In this document: piece after piece, positions 1 through 11,946 of the stretch | How positions within the stretch are numbered: the first letter of the stretch is position 1 | Layout of the letters: each line of letters begins with the position of its first letter | Source of the DNA: Eledone cirrhosa | Lineage: Eukaryota | Length of the DNA stretch: 64,000 nt | NCBI GenBank assembly: GCA_964016885.1 | Contig: OZ024747.1 | Location: 11,160,001-11,224,000 of the forward strand | Reading direction: 5' to 3' | The notes under the pieces: model-generated | What the model was told of the DNA's origin: nothing | Database searches by the model: none | The model's input: only the letters and a program-made list of their open reading frames with translations | Position numbers and translations under genes: made by a program

Positions 1-1820
1 GGTGGCGGCGGTGGTGGAGGCTATGTCAAACTCTGAGGTGGAAGACGGAGTCAATAGGCTGTCCTTGTTCAACGGAGTATCCAAAAGTGATGAAACTGTT
101 GAGACTACCCCAGGGGTGTACAACCGAGATTTCTCCATGTCATACAAGTGTTGTTCTGTAGTTTCAATGTTTGACAAAGACAACAACGTCGAAGAAAGAG
201 CTGATGCAGTTGATGATACGAGACGAGACTTCTCTGGTGTACAGGGATAGGTAGCAGAGCATGTCTGTTGATGGCTACTGACAGGGGACGATGGGGGGAC
301 TATGCCTGAAGATGGACAAGGAACCACTCTGGAATTAGTTGATTGGTTAGAATCACCAGTACCATATTGAAGGACATCTGACGATAATCCTGGGACTTCA
401 CTGCAGCTGGCTTTTTCAAATGGGTTCTTGGAGAAAAGGTTGGCACTAAAACCAGGTTTGTATAGTTTCACAGATTCGGTGTCTTCTGGAGGAAAGTCTT
501 TGTCGGAAATGGACAAACGAGAGAGGGCAGTCTGTGGAGGTGGTGACATCTTACTTTCGTCATCACCTACCACATCGTCATCATCATCGTCGTCATCATC
601 CTCATCATCATCTTCATCGTCGTCACATTTCATTGAATTTGAGTCAGGCATTGTTGATGGCATAGCAACATCCCCAGCCCCTACTGGAACAGTGTTTGTT
701 GTCTCAATCACTGGGCCATCGTTGCTGGTATCTGGAATCAGGACATTAGTGAGACTTGGTTCATCCCTGTTCACATCATGGCAACATGACTCTGAAGATT
801 CCGTTGGTAATGAAACAGCATTTGTACTGACACTACTGCTACTACTGCTGCAGATCTCTCCACAGTCAGCTGGGTGACTGTGGAACCGCTGGAAATGCAG
901 GTTCAAGTGGCCCCGACGACTGAAAAGCTGTGGGCAGTAAACACACTTGTACTCCTTCTTGCGAGAATGCACCAAGAGATGACGTTTCATGTCTTTCCTC
1001 TTTGAAAAAACCTTGCTGCACTCCAGACATTTGTGGGTTTTGTCAAGGCCCTTTGGGTAAACGATCCCGCCGTGGATCTTTAGATGTAGGAGAAGATCTT
1101 CCTTGTTGTCATATTTCTTATTACAGATTGGACAGTTGTTGATCTTGCCCTTCTCCGCTGCATGCATTGCCATATGTGTCTTGTGCATAAAGCGTGATAT
1201 GTACTGTTTACCACACTGCTTGCACACCCATGTAGGTTTGTCCGGTTTGTGGGTGTTCAGATGTGACGTCAGGTGGTCACGACGGCCAAAAGATTTCTCA
1301 CAGAAAAAACACTTGTGGTTTCGTGGTGCGCTGTGAATGAGCATGTGCCGATCAAGAAGAAACTTTGACACAAAAACTTTGCTGCAGTTCTCTGTTGTGC
1401 ATCTGTGCAACACTTTCCTACCATGTGCACACATTCTGCCACTCCCCCCAGCACCACTACAGTTGTTGTTGTTGCCACTATGGCTACTCCGTCTCTCCAG
1501 TTTACAAGAAACACACTCACTCTTGCGACTCCGTTTCTTCATCACCGATGGTGGAGAGATCAAAGCCAGTTTGGTAATTTTAGAACCAACATCGTCTGTA
1601 TCACTGGTACCAAGCAACATCTGACCAAATGTTGCTTTAGAAGACCGAGTAACACGTTTCAAGTTTTGGTTACCAATGGCACCAGCTTCCAGTGGGGTTC
1701 CAGTTGAGCGAACTTCAACATTTCTTTCAATCTTCAACTCTTTATTCATCGAACCATGAATAACATTGTCACAGGAAATGTTTTCTTTACAAACTTTTGC
1801 TGTAACCGCACTCTTTGAAC
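1..1820 (-). CDS. PR-domain/PLAG-type zinc finger gene, coding exon 7 (six C2H2 fingers, acidic tract, Ser/Thr/Pro-rich C-terminal region); runs off the window edge
   Basis: Acceptor ttgtttccAG at 1822-1821, phase 1. No stop seen in the segments translated by hand (about 1820-830, 625-571 and 120-1). Missing from the ORF track, probably because no stop lies in the window. Fingers at about 880-1405: HRCTTENCSKVFVSKFLLDRHMLIHSAPRNHKCFFCEKSFGRRDHLTSHLNTHKPDKPTWVCKQCGKQYISRFMHKTHMAMHAAEKGKINNCPICNKKYDNKEDLLLHLKIHGGIVYPKGLDKTHKCLECSKVFSKRKDMKRHLLVHSRKKEYKCVYCPQLFSRRGHLNLHFQRFH. Poly-D/E tract at about 574-625. Confidence 0.95.
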
Positions 1821-2164
1821 CTGGAAACAAATTATTGAATTATTAGTAATTTCATTTTAAAAAACATTACAATAGCTTCCCCACTCTATACTACTTACCT
1901 CCTTCACACACACACACCACAGACACACACATACACGTACACACACACACAAATACGTTCACAGACATACACAAACACCCAACTTCCCGCCACACATCAA
2001 AAGTCAGGTACAATAATTTTTATAATTTAATACAACTATCTCTTTATTTTTAGTGTTCTGAAATCCTGGTATTTTTAGTTTTCTTAAATCCTAGTATTGT
2101 CTACCTAAGGATATAGTCATGAGACTACAGTCTCCATCAAAAGTGGTTGTACTTGATATATTAA

Positions 2165-2454
2165 AGTAGTTGGAACCTCAAACTTAATTCGTTCATGAAA
2201 ATAGTTTGTAAACCGAGACTTCTTTTCCATACGAAATGTTGAGAGAAGAAATAGTGAGAAAGACAGATAGATATCACCATAGTAACTAACTATACAGCAA
2301 GTAACGCTTTCCTGCCAACACTCCCAGCTTGTCGCCAACCGTTGTTGCCGGCATTCGTGTTCGTTACTCGAGGCACCGTTTATGAACCGAGACGTTTTGT
2401 GTTCGGAAAAATTGGTCGTGATGAGAGGCATTCGTGAACCAAGGTTCCACTATA
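2165..2454. mobile_element. Tigger/pogo-like MITE (degenerate)
   Basis: Terminal inverted motifs agttggaacctc ... aaggttccactata, with internal ttcgtgaacc/aaccgag repeats. Confidence 0.5.
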
Positions 2455-2729
2455 TTAACTTATACTTCAGTATTGAGAGGCATTCGTGAACCAAGGTTTC
2501 ATTATAATATCTCATACTTCATTCAGTATTGAAAGAATGTTTGGAATGCACTTTCTATTTTTCTTTCTTTGATTGCATCATCATCTTCATCATTATCATC
2601 TTCCACGCTAGCATGGGTTAGATAAAGGGAAATAACTCTTATCCACCCTCTGCAAATCCTTTCCATTCTACTACCCATATCTTACTTCTAGGTAACATCA
2701 GCACTTCAAAAATAAAGTTTTGTACTGAA

Positions 2730-2872
2730 TTGGCAGAGTCGATAGAACGTCAGATAGAATACCTTGTGGTATTTGTTCCGGCTCTCTCTGGTCTCTAAGT
2801 TCAAAACCCGCTGAAGTCAACTTTACTTTTCATCCATTCATGGTCGATAAAAGTACCAGTCTAGTACTGGAG
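2730..2872 (+). mobile_element. tRNA-derived SINE (Meta-like core)
   Basis: tggcagagtcgataga...gttcaaaacccg...gtcaactttacttttcatcc...gtcgataaaagtaccag; many copies in the window. Confidence 0.7.
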
Positions 2873-3108
2873 TCGATTCTTCCTCTTTCTTTCTCCCTCT
2901 CTCACTTTCTTTTCTACTCTGAAAAAAATTGGCTGTGTTCAGCCCAGGAGAGGAGACAGACCCCACCAAGGTATATCATACATCACTATGCTGTCCTTTC
3001 GGCCCCCTCAGGAGTTACATATACTGTGGAATCCGGGAGAGTTTCAGAAGGGTTGCTGTGAAAAAGGTTAAAAAACAAAACTAGATAATAAAAGAGTAGA
3101 AGACTGAC

Positions 3109-3288
3109 CGGTAGGGCGAGAAGATGTGAAACTAAAATGGCGTCTTAGTCGACCAGTGGGAAATGGTAGCTGGGGCAGTTCTCCTTTCACATCAGACTCT
3201 GTAGAAACGGTCTCCATTCCTTCATCATATGAGTTGTCTTGTTGTACTGTGTGAGATTCTACACTGGAGTCTTCACTGTTAGCAGAAC
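3109..3288 (-). CDS. PR/PLAG gene coding exon 6 (low-complexity linker)
   Basis: cttcAG acceptor (3290-3289), GTcagt donor (3108). 180 nt, phase 1/1. Encodes GSANSEDSSVESH...RHFSFTSSRPT, in frame with both neighbours. Confidence 0.8.
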
Positions 3289-3299
3289 CTGAAGATATA

Positions 3300-3830
3300 C
3301 AGTGGGACAGTGAGACAGTGGGACAGTGGGATGGTGGGACAGAGGGATAGTGGGACGGTGGGACAGAGGGACGGTGGGATGGTGGGACAGAGGGACGGTG
3401 GGATAGTGGGACAGTGAAACGGTGAGATAGCGGGACAGTGACACAGTGGGACGGTGGGACAGTGAGATAGTGGGATAGCGGGACAGTGGCACAGTGGGAT
3501 GGTGACACAGTGGGACGGTGGGACATGGGTGGATGGATGGGGGAAACCTACTTTTTAATTTTACATGTGGTATCATGTGATACAAGACATTAGAATGGAT
3601 TGGTTAGGTCACATGTGGTATCATGTGGTGCAGGACATAAGAATGGAGTGGTTAGGTCACATGTGGTATCATGTGGTACAGGACATTAGAATGGAGTGGT
3701 TAGGTCACATGTGGTATCATGTGATACAGGACATTAGAATGGAGTGGTTAGGTCACATGTGGTATAGGACATTAATAGTGACATAGTTAGGTCACATGTG
3801 GTATGATGTGGACATTAGAATGAAGTAGTT
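3300..3830. repeat. Degenerate gtgggaca repeat (3300-3530) and a 48-bp minisatellite (about 3562-3830) filling the intron
   Basis: Unit cacatgtggtatcatgtgatacaggacattagaatggagtggttaggt, about 5 copies. Confidence 0.9.
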
Positions 3831-3832
3831 AC

Positions 3833-3947
3833 CTGTGTTGATATCAGAGAGGACAGATTCAGAGACAGTTAAACAACTCTTGTCCAACATTAACATGGAG
3901 TAGTTAGCTGCGTATCCCATCCTCAGTTCATCTCCAATGTGTATTGT
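3833..3947 (-). CDS. PR/PLAG gene coding exon 5 (end of the PR/SET domain)
   Basis: ccccacAG acceptor, GTaac donor. 115 nt. Encodes TIHIGDELRMGYAANYSMLMLDK..., matching the PR-domain ELxVWYAAxY box. Confidence 0.9.
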
Positions 3948-4419
3948 CTGTGGGGAGGGAAACAAAGGTTAGTTACTATGGTGATGGTACACACACACAC
4001 ACACACACACTTCCATCATAAATATACACACACTTCCATCATAAACACACACACACTTCCATCGTAAATATACACACACTTCCATCATAAACACACACAC
4101 TTCCATCATAAATATACACACACTTCCATCATAAACACACACACACACTTCCATCATAAAGTTGTACTCAGTACTTCACAACATAAAGACTATATATATC
4201 ATCATCATTTAACATCCACTTTCCACGCTAGCATGGGTTAGACAGGTTGTTCCATTTGAGGCAAGTTGGGTCGTTGTGTCAGGTGACCACCTCTTGCTCA
4301 TACAGAACTGTTTCTGGCTAGATTTCTAAAGCTGGATGCCCTTCCTTACACCAACAACATTTACGGTGAGGACTGGGTGCTTTTTGTTGTGACTCCTACA
4401 TGACCACTTTACAGTGTGA

Positions 4420-7400
4420 TAGATGAAGAGAGTGGGGGAGAGATGAAGAGATTGGGGGAGAGATGAAGAGATTGGGAGAGAGATGAAGAGATTGGGAGAG
4501 AGATGAAGAGATTGGGAGAGAGATGAAGAGATTGGGAGATAGATGAAGATATTGGGAGAGAGATGAAGAGATTGGGGGAGAGATGAAGAGATTGGGGGAG
4601 AGATGAAGAGATTGGGGGAGAGATGAAGAGATTGGGGGAGAGATGAAGATATTGGGGGAGAGATGAAGATATTGGGGGAGAGATGAAGATATTGGGGGAG
4701 ATGAAGAGATTGGGAGAAAGATGAAGATATTGGGAGAGAGATGAAGAGATTGGGAGAGAGATGAAGAGATTGGGGGAGAGATGAAGATATTGGGAGAGAG
4801 ATGAAGAGATTGGGGGAGAGATGAAGAGATTGGGGGAGAGATGAAGATATTGGGAGAGAGATGAAGATATTGGGAGAGAGATGAAGAGATTGGGAGAGAG
4901 ATGAAGAAATTGGGGGAGAGATGAAGATATTGGGAGAGAGATGAAGAAATTGGGAGAGAGATGAAGAGATTGGGGGAGAGATGAAGAGATTGGGGGAGAG
5001 ATGAAGAGATTGGGGGAGAGATGAAGAGATTGGGGGAGAGATGAAGAGATTGGGGGAGAGATGAAGAGATTGGGGGAGAGATGAAGAGATTGGGGGAGAG
5101 ATGAAGAGATGAAGATATTGGGAGAGAGATGAAGAGATTGGGAGATAGATGAAGAGATTGGGAGAGAGATGAAGAGATTGGGAGAGAGATGAAGAGATTG
5201 GGGGAGAGATGAAGAGATGAAGATATTGGGAGAGAGATGAAGAGATTGGGAGATAGATGAAGAGATTGGGAGAGAGATGAAGAGATTGGGAGAGAGATGA
5301 AGAGATTGGGGGAGAGATGAAGAGATTGGGGGAGAGATGAAGAGATTGGGAGAGAGATTGGGAGAGAGATGAAGAGATTGGGAGAGAGATGAAGAGATTG
5401 GGACAGAGATGAAGAGATTGGGAGAGAGATGAAGAGATTGGGAGAGAGATGAAGAGATTGGGAGAGAGATGAAGAGATTGGGGGAGAGATGAAGATATTG
5501 GGAGAGAGATGAAGAGATTGGGGGAGAGATGAAGATATTGGGAGAGAGATGAAGAGATTGGGAGATAGATGAAGAGATTGGGAGAGCGATGAAGAGATTG
5601 GGGGAGAGAGATGAAGAGATTGGGGGAGAGAGATGAAGAGATTGGGAGAGAGATGAAGAGATTGGGGGAGAGATGAAGATATTGGGGGAGAGATGAAGAT
5701 ATTGGGAGAGAGATGAAGAGATTGGGGGAGAGATGAAGATATTGGGAGAGAGATGAAGATATTGGGAGAGAGATGAAGAGATTGGGGGATAGATGAAGAG
5801 ATTGGGAGAGAGATGAAGAGATTGGGAGAGAGATGAAGAGATTGGGGGAGAGATGAAGATATTGGGAGAGAGATGAAGAGATTGGGGGAGAGATGAAGAT
5901 ATTGGGAGAGAGATGAAGATATTGGGAGAGAGATGAAGATATTGGGAGAGAGATGAAGATATTGGGAGAGAGATGAAGAGAATGGGGGAGAGATGAAGAG
6001 AATGGGGGAGAGTGAAAGAGATTGGGAGAGATGAAGAGATTGGGGGAGAGAGGAAGAGATTGGGGGAGAGATGAAGAGATTGGGAGAGAGATGAAGATAT
6101 TGGGAGAGAGATGAAGATATTGGGAGAGAGATGAAGATATTGGGAGAGAGATGAAGAGAATGGGGGAGAGATGAAGAGAATGGGGGAGAGATGAAGATAT
6201 TGGGAGAGAGATGAAGATATTGGGAGAGAGATGAAGAGATTGGGAGAGAGATGAAGAGATTGGGGGAGAGAGGAAGAGATTGGGAGAGAGAGGAAGAGAT
6301 TGGGGGAGAGAGGAAGAGATTGGGGGAGAGAGGAAGAGATTGGGGGAGAGAGGAAGAGATTGGGGGAGAGATGAAGAGATTGGGGGAGAGATGAAGAGAT
6401 TGGGGGAGAGAGGAAGAGATTGGGGAGAGATGAAGAGATTGGGAGTGATGAAGAGATTGCGGGAGAGATGAAGAGATTGTGGGAGAGAGGAAGAGATTGG
6501 GAGAGAGATGAAGAGATTGGGAGAGAGATGAAGAGATTGGGGGATAGATGAAGAGATTGGGAGAGAGATGAAGAGATTGGGGGAGAGATGAAGATATTGG
6601 GAGAGAGATGAAGATATTGGGAGAGAGATGAAGAGATTGGGGGAGAGATGAAGAGATTGGGAGAGAGATGAAGAGATTGGGGGAGAGATGAAGATATTGG
6701 GAGAGAGATGAAGATATTGGGAGAGAGATGAAGAGATTGGGGGAGAGATGAAGAGATTGGGAGAGAGATGAAGAGATTGGGGGAGAGATGAAGAGATTGG
6801 GAGAGAGATGAAGAGATTGGGGGAGAGATGAAGATATTGGGAGAGAGATGAAGAGATTGGGAGAGAGATGAAGAGATTGGGGGAGAGATGAAGATATTGG
6901 GAGAGAGATGAAGAGATTGGGGGAGAGATGAAGATATTGGGAGAGAGATGAAGAGATTGGGAGAGAGATGAAGAGATTGGGGGAGAGAGGAAGAGATTGG
7001 GAGAGAGATGAAGAGATTGGGGGAGAGAGGAAGATATTGGGAGAGAGATGAAGAGATTGGGGGAGAGATGAAGATATTGGGAGAGAGATGAAGAGATTGG
7101 GGGAGAGATGAAGAGATTGGGGGAGAGATGAAGAGATTGGGGGAGAGATGAAGATATTGGGAGAGAGATGAAGAGATTGGGGGAGAGAGGAAGAGATTGG
7201 GGGAGAGAGGAAGAGATTGGGGAGAGATGAAGAGATTGGGGAGAGATGAAGAGATTGGGAGATGAAGAGATTGTGGGGAGAGATGAAGAGATTGGGAGAG
7301 ATGAAGAGATTGTGGGGAGAGATGAAGAGATTGTGGGAGAGAGGAAGAGATTGGGGGAGAGATGAAGAGATTGGGGGAGAGATGAAGAGATTGGGAGAGA

Positions 7401-7858
7401 GATGAAGAGATTGGGGGAGAGATGAAGATATTGGGGGAGAGATGAAGAGATTGGGAGAGAGATGAAGAGATTGGGAGAGAGATGAAGATATTGGGGGAGA
7501 GAGAAAGAGATTGGGAGAGATGAAAAGATTGGGGGAGAGAGGAAGAGATTGGGGGAGAGAGGAAGAGATTGGGAGAGAGATGAAGAGATTGGGAGAGAGA
7601 TGAAGATATTGGGAGAGAGATGAAGAGATTGGGGGAGAGAGGAAGAGATTGGGCGAGATGAAGAGATTGGGGGAGAGAGGAAGAGATTGGGGGAGAGAGG
7701 AAGAGATTAGGGGAGAGAGGAAGAGATTAGGGGAGAGATGAAGAGATTGGGAGATAGATGAAGAGATTGGGAGAGAGATGAAGAGATTGGGAGAGAGATG
7801 AAGAGATTGGGGGAGAGATGAAGAGATTGGGAGAGAGAGATGAAGAGAGAGAGAGAGA
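4420..7858. repeat. 3.4-kb purine-rich 20-bp minisatellite
   Basis: Unit agatgaagaKattgggRgag, about 170 copies. Confidence 0.98.
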
Positions 7859-7957
7859 ATGATATTAACAGTTAAAAATGTATTTCCTTTCTATGATGAG
7901 GTAGATTTCATTTGTGTCCAGTTATAAAAATTAAAGTATTTCATCATCATCATCTCC

Positions 7958-8040
7958 GTTTATCACAGAGTCATCAGACCTGTGATAAACAGGTGAAACT
8001 CCAGAGTAACAAGACTCACTAGTTAGCCTTAATAAAATAT
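7958..8040 (+). mobile_element. Second copy of element B with a different 5' inversion
   Basis: 7979-8038 nearly identical to 44663-44722. 7958-7978 is the reverse complement of tCTGATGActctgtgataaac. Confidence 0.6.
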
Positions 8041-8364
8041 ATATATATATATAGTCAAGAGTTTCCATATACTAAATAAAGGACAAAGAGTGCTCTATGT
8101 TATGTACAGAGCTAAAGTATATTGTAATAAGTTGTGCGATACCTAACGTTTCAAAGCTTACTCTAGCATATATCTTAGAGGCTAGTGTTGCTTATCTTTC
8201 AGACAATACCAGCCTTGGGAGGCATTGATGGGATTGGAAGAGTGGGGAGGTCTCATTACACACACAGAGACACATTCACAATAGGCACACATGTACAATG
8301 AGACACATTCACAATAAGCACACATGTACACTCAAAGGAAAACAAATTTTAAAAAAACACTTAC

Positions 8365-8520
8365 CCGAATTGCTACAAAATATATTTTGCCACCATACTG
8401 GAAAGCTTCAAGATTTTGTCGCGAGTCAGCTGGACAGGCTGACCGTATAAACATCATCCAGTTACATTGGCTATTGTCTGTCATGTCCAGTGTGACCGCT
8501 GACTCTCCTTCATTGAACAC
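8365..8520 (-). CDS. PR/PLAG gene coding exon 4 (PR/SET core)
   Basis: tttatAG acceptor, GTaagt donor. 156 nt, phase 0/0. VFNEGESAVTLDMTDNSQCNWMMFIRSACPADSRQNLEAFQYGGKIYFVAIR contains the PRDM CNWMMF and QNL motifs. Confidence 0.95.
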
Positions 8521-8889
8521 CTATAAATGGACGATGGAATAGAAATAGACAATCTACCAATACATGGCATACTTTGTCTTACTGGACAAAAGGACACAAA
8601 GTAAGGTTGTTTCTGACAGGACCTACAGGGAGAAGTGTTTGAGGATACCTTCATTGCTCGTCCTTCTCCTTTGCCTACTTATTCCAGGTCATGGGGGCAG
8701 ATAGAGTCCTCAAACAATCCTTCCAGCAAGTTCTGTGAAAGCAACTCTATCCAATTGATCCTACTGGATCCTTAAGTGAGACCAGGCAAGCTCATGGATG
8801 TCATCCAACCATCTTGCTCATGGTCTACCCCTGAATCTCCTGCTGGTTGGTCTGTCACCCTTTTTGGTTAACTTATAAAACTTATTTAA

Positions 8890-9125
8890 CCCTTTTATAA
8901 CAATATTTCTGATAAAATACACCATATTTGAGTTATTTGATGAAGAATTTGTAGGGATTTACTAAAATTATTTCAATTTTTAAGATGGTTTTACTAACAT
9001 AACAAAAAGGTTTTTATATAAAATTATGTTGGAAGATTTCAATTTGAATTAATAAGAACCTTCTAAATGGATGGTTTTATTCCAGGGACCCTAAAGCTTA
9101 TTTGGATGGGTCTGTATTGAAAGGG
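8890..9125. mobile_element. piggyBac-like MITE
   Basis: TTAA-CCCTTT ... AAAGGG-TTAA. A similar left part is at about 46497-46650. Confidence 0.6.
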
Positions 9126-9184
9126 TTAAAAAACACAATAACCACAGTATAACAGATAACTACAAATTTTTTTAATGAATTTAC

Positions 9185-9306
9185 CTTTAAAACAAGTGAA
9201 TTTGTCTGTACAGGTGTGTAGTTGGCATCTGCTGGGAAAGGAGGTGCCTCAACTGGCCCAAATTTGGAACGTGCTGGAATCACACGTTTAGCAAAAACTC
9301 CTCTTT
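9185..9306 (-). CDS. PR/PLAG gene coding exon 3 (N-terminal part of PR/SET)
   Basis: tttcAG acceptor, GTaaat donor. 122 nt, phase 1/0. ERGVFAKRVIPARSKFGPVEAPPF...LVLK carries the GVF...FGP box. Confidence 0.93.
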
Positions 9307-9309
9307 CTG

Positions 9310-9570
9310 AAACTAGAGTAAATAAATATATAGACCAGATCTGCCACAGAAACAAACAGATGATGTGAAACTAGAGAATATATAGACCAGATCTGACACA
9401 GAAACAAACAGATGATGTGAAACTAGAGAGTATATAGACTAGATCTGACACAGAAATAAACAGATGATGTGAAATTAGAGAGTATATAGACCAGATCTGA
9501 CACAGATGATGTGATCTGGAGAGTGTATAAAGACCAGATCTGTCACAGTGTGATGGTGTGAAACTAAAAA
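9310..9570. repeat. ~50-bp tandem repeat next to the splice acceptor
   Basis: aaactagagagtatatagaccagatctgacacagaaacaaacagatgatgtg, about 5 copies. Confidence 0.85.
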
Positions 9571-10267
9571 AAATTACACATAGGTGTAAATTTCCCCTTT
9601 TCTGAAGGGCTTCTATCACACCAGGGACAACATCCCCATCAAATACATGTACATTTGAGCCAATGAGGGAACATAAATGTGGCCACATGAATTGCTAAAA
9701 ATATTAGAGTGTTCAAAAATTACTGCAGTTTCATGTTTTTATTTGTTTCAATATTTTCTAAGAATAAAACCTCACACAAGATATGAGTGGCCTGTTACAG
9801 CTGGTTTGAACAGAAAGAGGTGAGAGAATTCTGGCTTGATATGGCCAGTTTAAATGCTAAAGGGAAAAATTAGATTTTTCTAGTAAATTTGCTTGATCAG
9901 AGGAGAAACATAACTAAGCAACAACAACAACAACTTGGCCATTTTATGCTGCACCCAAAATACTGGGGTTTGCTTTATTCTTTCTTTATACATATTTCTG
10001 AGTTGAGGAAGTCTGCAGGTTATAAAACACAACAAAACGCTTGTTACTGCTCTAATGATCCACAATTGTTTAGCCTAGGTCAGCTGTGACTAAGCAGACC
10101 TAGGATTAAAAGGATTACAGTTGTATCTGGCAAACAAAACTGGAATGGTCATACCTGACCGAACAGGCATGTCATCAAAAGCATTCTATCTATGACTATT
10201 CTCTCCTTTCTTTCTAGGTACAGTGAACACAAAACCATATTATCCAGTCTGTCTTCATTATTTTTTA

Positions 10268-10462
10268 AGGTGGCAGATTGGCAGTATCGGTAGAGGGTCA
10301 GACACCATGCTTTGCAGCAGAGAGTTACGGCCCTTTACGGTCTGAGTTCAAATCCCACCAAGGTTAACTTTGACTTCCATCCTTACGGGGTTGATAAAAT
10401 AAAGTACCAGTAATACACTGGGATAATTGCTGGCCTTGTGCCAAAAGTAGAAACTATTATTT
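10268..10462 (+). mobile_element. tRNA-derived SINE (Meta-like core)
   Basis: A-box-like tggcagtatcgg, B box gagttcaaatcc, core aactttgacttccatccttacggggttgataaaataaagtaccag. Partial copies at about 17262-17405 and 18770-18875. Confidence 0.75.
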
Positions 10463-11069
10463 TTAAAGGTGACAGAGAGGAATTTGTGAGTTACATGTCT
10501 GCTATTTTTAGCAGGTCGAGAAACCACACAGAAGTCTTCTTGTCAGCTCTCCTTCAGTTGATAGTGTGGGTAAATATCTCACTATTGTTTCATTTATATG
10601 AAGAGGGGTGTGCTCATGTATGGGGATGCTATAAAATAAGATGAAACCTTTAAAGATGGAAAAAAGAAGTTGCCATCGGCTGTTTCCATCTGGAGATGGT
10701 CTAACGCAACAATAACACCAATTTTGTAGGTCATCAAAACTTTCTCTGTTCTCTGCTTGTGTTTGCCATAATTGATTAACTAATTATGCAATCTGCACCT
10801 GATGATGTTGCCAGGGTCTTATAAACCAGGTCATTGAAATATATATAGTAGTTTTGCAACATTAAAACTTTAAATGGATATCCCCAGTCCAGCCTCCTGT
10901 TGTTTTATTCAAACTAATATTTAATTCCATTCCTGTACCAGCCAAGGGATTCAATATCAACAATGGATGAGTTGCATAATGTAGAGTGCTTTCCCCACTA
11001 TTACATCATGGTTAAATAAACGGAATGACCAGTTCTATCCAGTGGTGAACCACAAAACATAAATGAATA

Positions 11070-11600
11070 TGTCATCATCATCATCATCGTTTAACGTCCA
11101 TCTTCCACGCTAGCATGGGTTTGCACGGGAATTGTCCCACTTAAAGCAAGATTGGTTGTCTTGCTCGTATAGGACTGTCTGGCGGGTTTTCTACGGCTGG
11201 ATGCCCTTCCTAACACCAACCACGTTTACAGTGTGGACTGGGAGGTTTTTACCGTGTTACCTACACGGCCACATTACAGCGTGGACTGTGTGTTTTGTCG
11301 TGACACATTTATTTAGGACTGGATGTTGTGGTACCAACATAACTTTACATCGAAAGGGGTGGTGTAGATGGGGGTGGAGGTATGGGTAGTGGGACGGGGT
11401 TGTATTTTGGTTAAGAGGTGCCTACTGACTGTAGGTTTCGCTTTGTACTTAGGCAAGGCGGGTCTACTGTATTACTGCGTAGCGCCAAAGATCTCGGTCC
11501 AGTGACATTGTCTTAGAGAGGTGTAAGCGTGTGAGGTCGGAATTTATCAAGTCGTCCCAGGTTTTTCTGAGTCTACCTACTCCGTGGCTACCGTCTATTA
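11070..11600 (-). mobile_element. RTE LINE 3' end, homologous to 59245-59790
   Basis: DGSHGVGRLRKTWDDLINSDL...DRDLWRY plus the same 3' region and (GAT)n end. Confidence 0.8.
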
Positions 11601-11748
11601 TATATATATATGTGTGTGTATATATATATATATATATATAGATATACATATATATAGCCTTACATACCCCTAAAAAGACATTTTAGTCAGGGTTGACCCA
11701 GGGCTACAAGGACAACTCACCAGAGAAAAGGGCTATTTCTTTTCTTAC

Positions 11749-11901
11749 CTTTTAAGGGATGAGTCTTGAGATTTGGTCGAATAACTAGTCCTTTTGGCAA
11801 TGTGAGATGGGCCATGGGAGGAACAAGCCTGTCCGGAATGTCTTGAAGGGGTCCATGGTCAGGACAGTCCCTTATATTGCTGTGTCCACATTCATGGCAC
11901 C
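11749..11901 (-). CDS. PR/PLAG gene coding exon 2 (PR zinc knuckle)
   Basis: Polypyrimidine tract then taAG acceptor, GTaaga donor. 153 nt, phase 1/1. WCHECGHSNIRDCPDHGPLQDIPDRLVPPMAHLTLPKGLVIRP fits the WCxxC-x7-CPxHGP knuckle found in several PRDMs, including PRDM10. Confidence 0.93.
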
Positions 11902-11946
11902 CTTAATAAAGAGAAAAAAAAAGAAAAACATCAAGTTGTAGCTCAC

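Noticed and set aside
2-1707. Plus-strand ORFs, including the 149-aa poly-Ser ORF
   Set aside because: Antisense shadows of the zinc finger exon.
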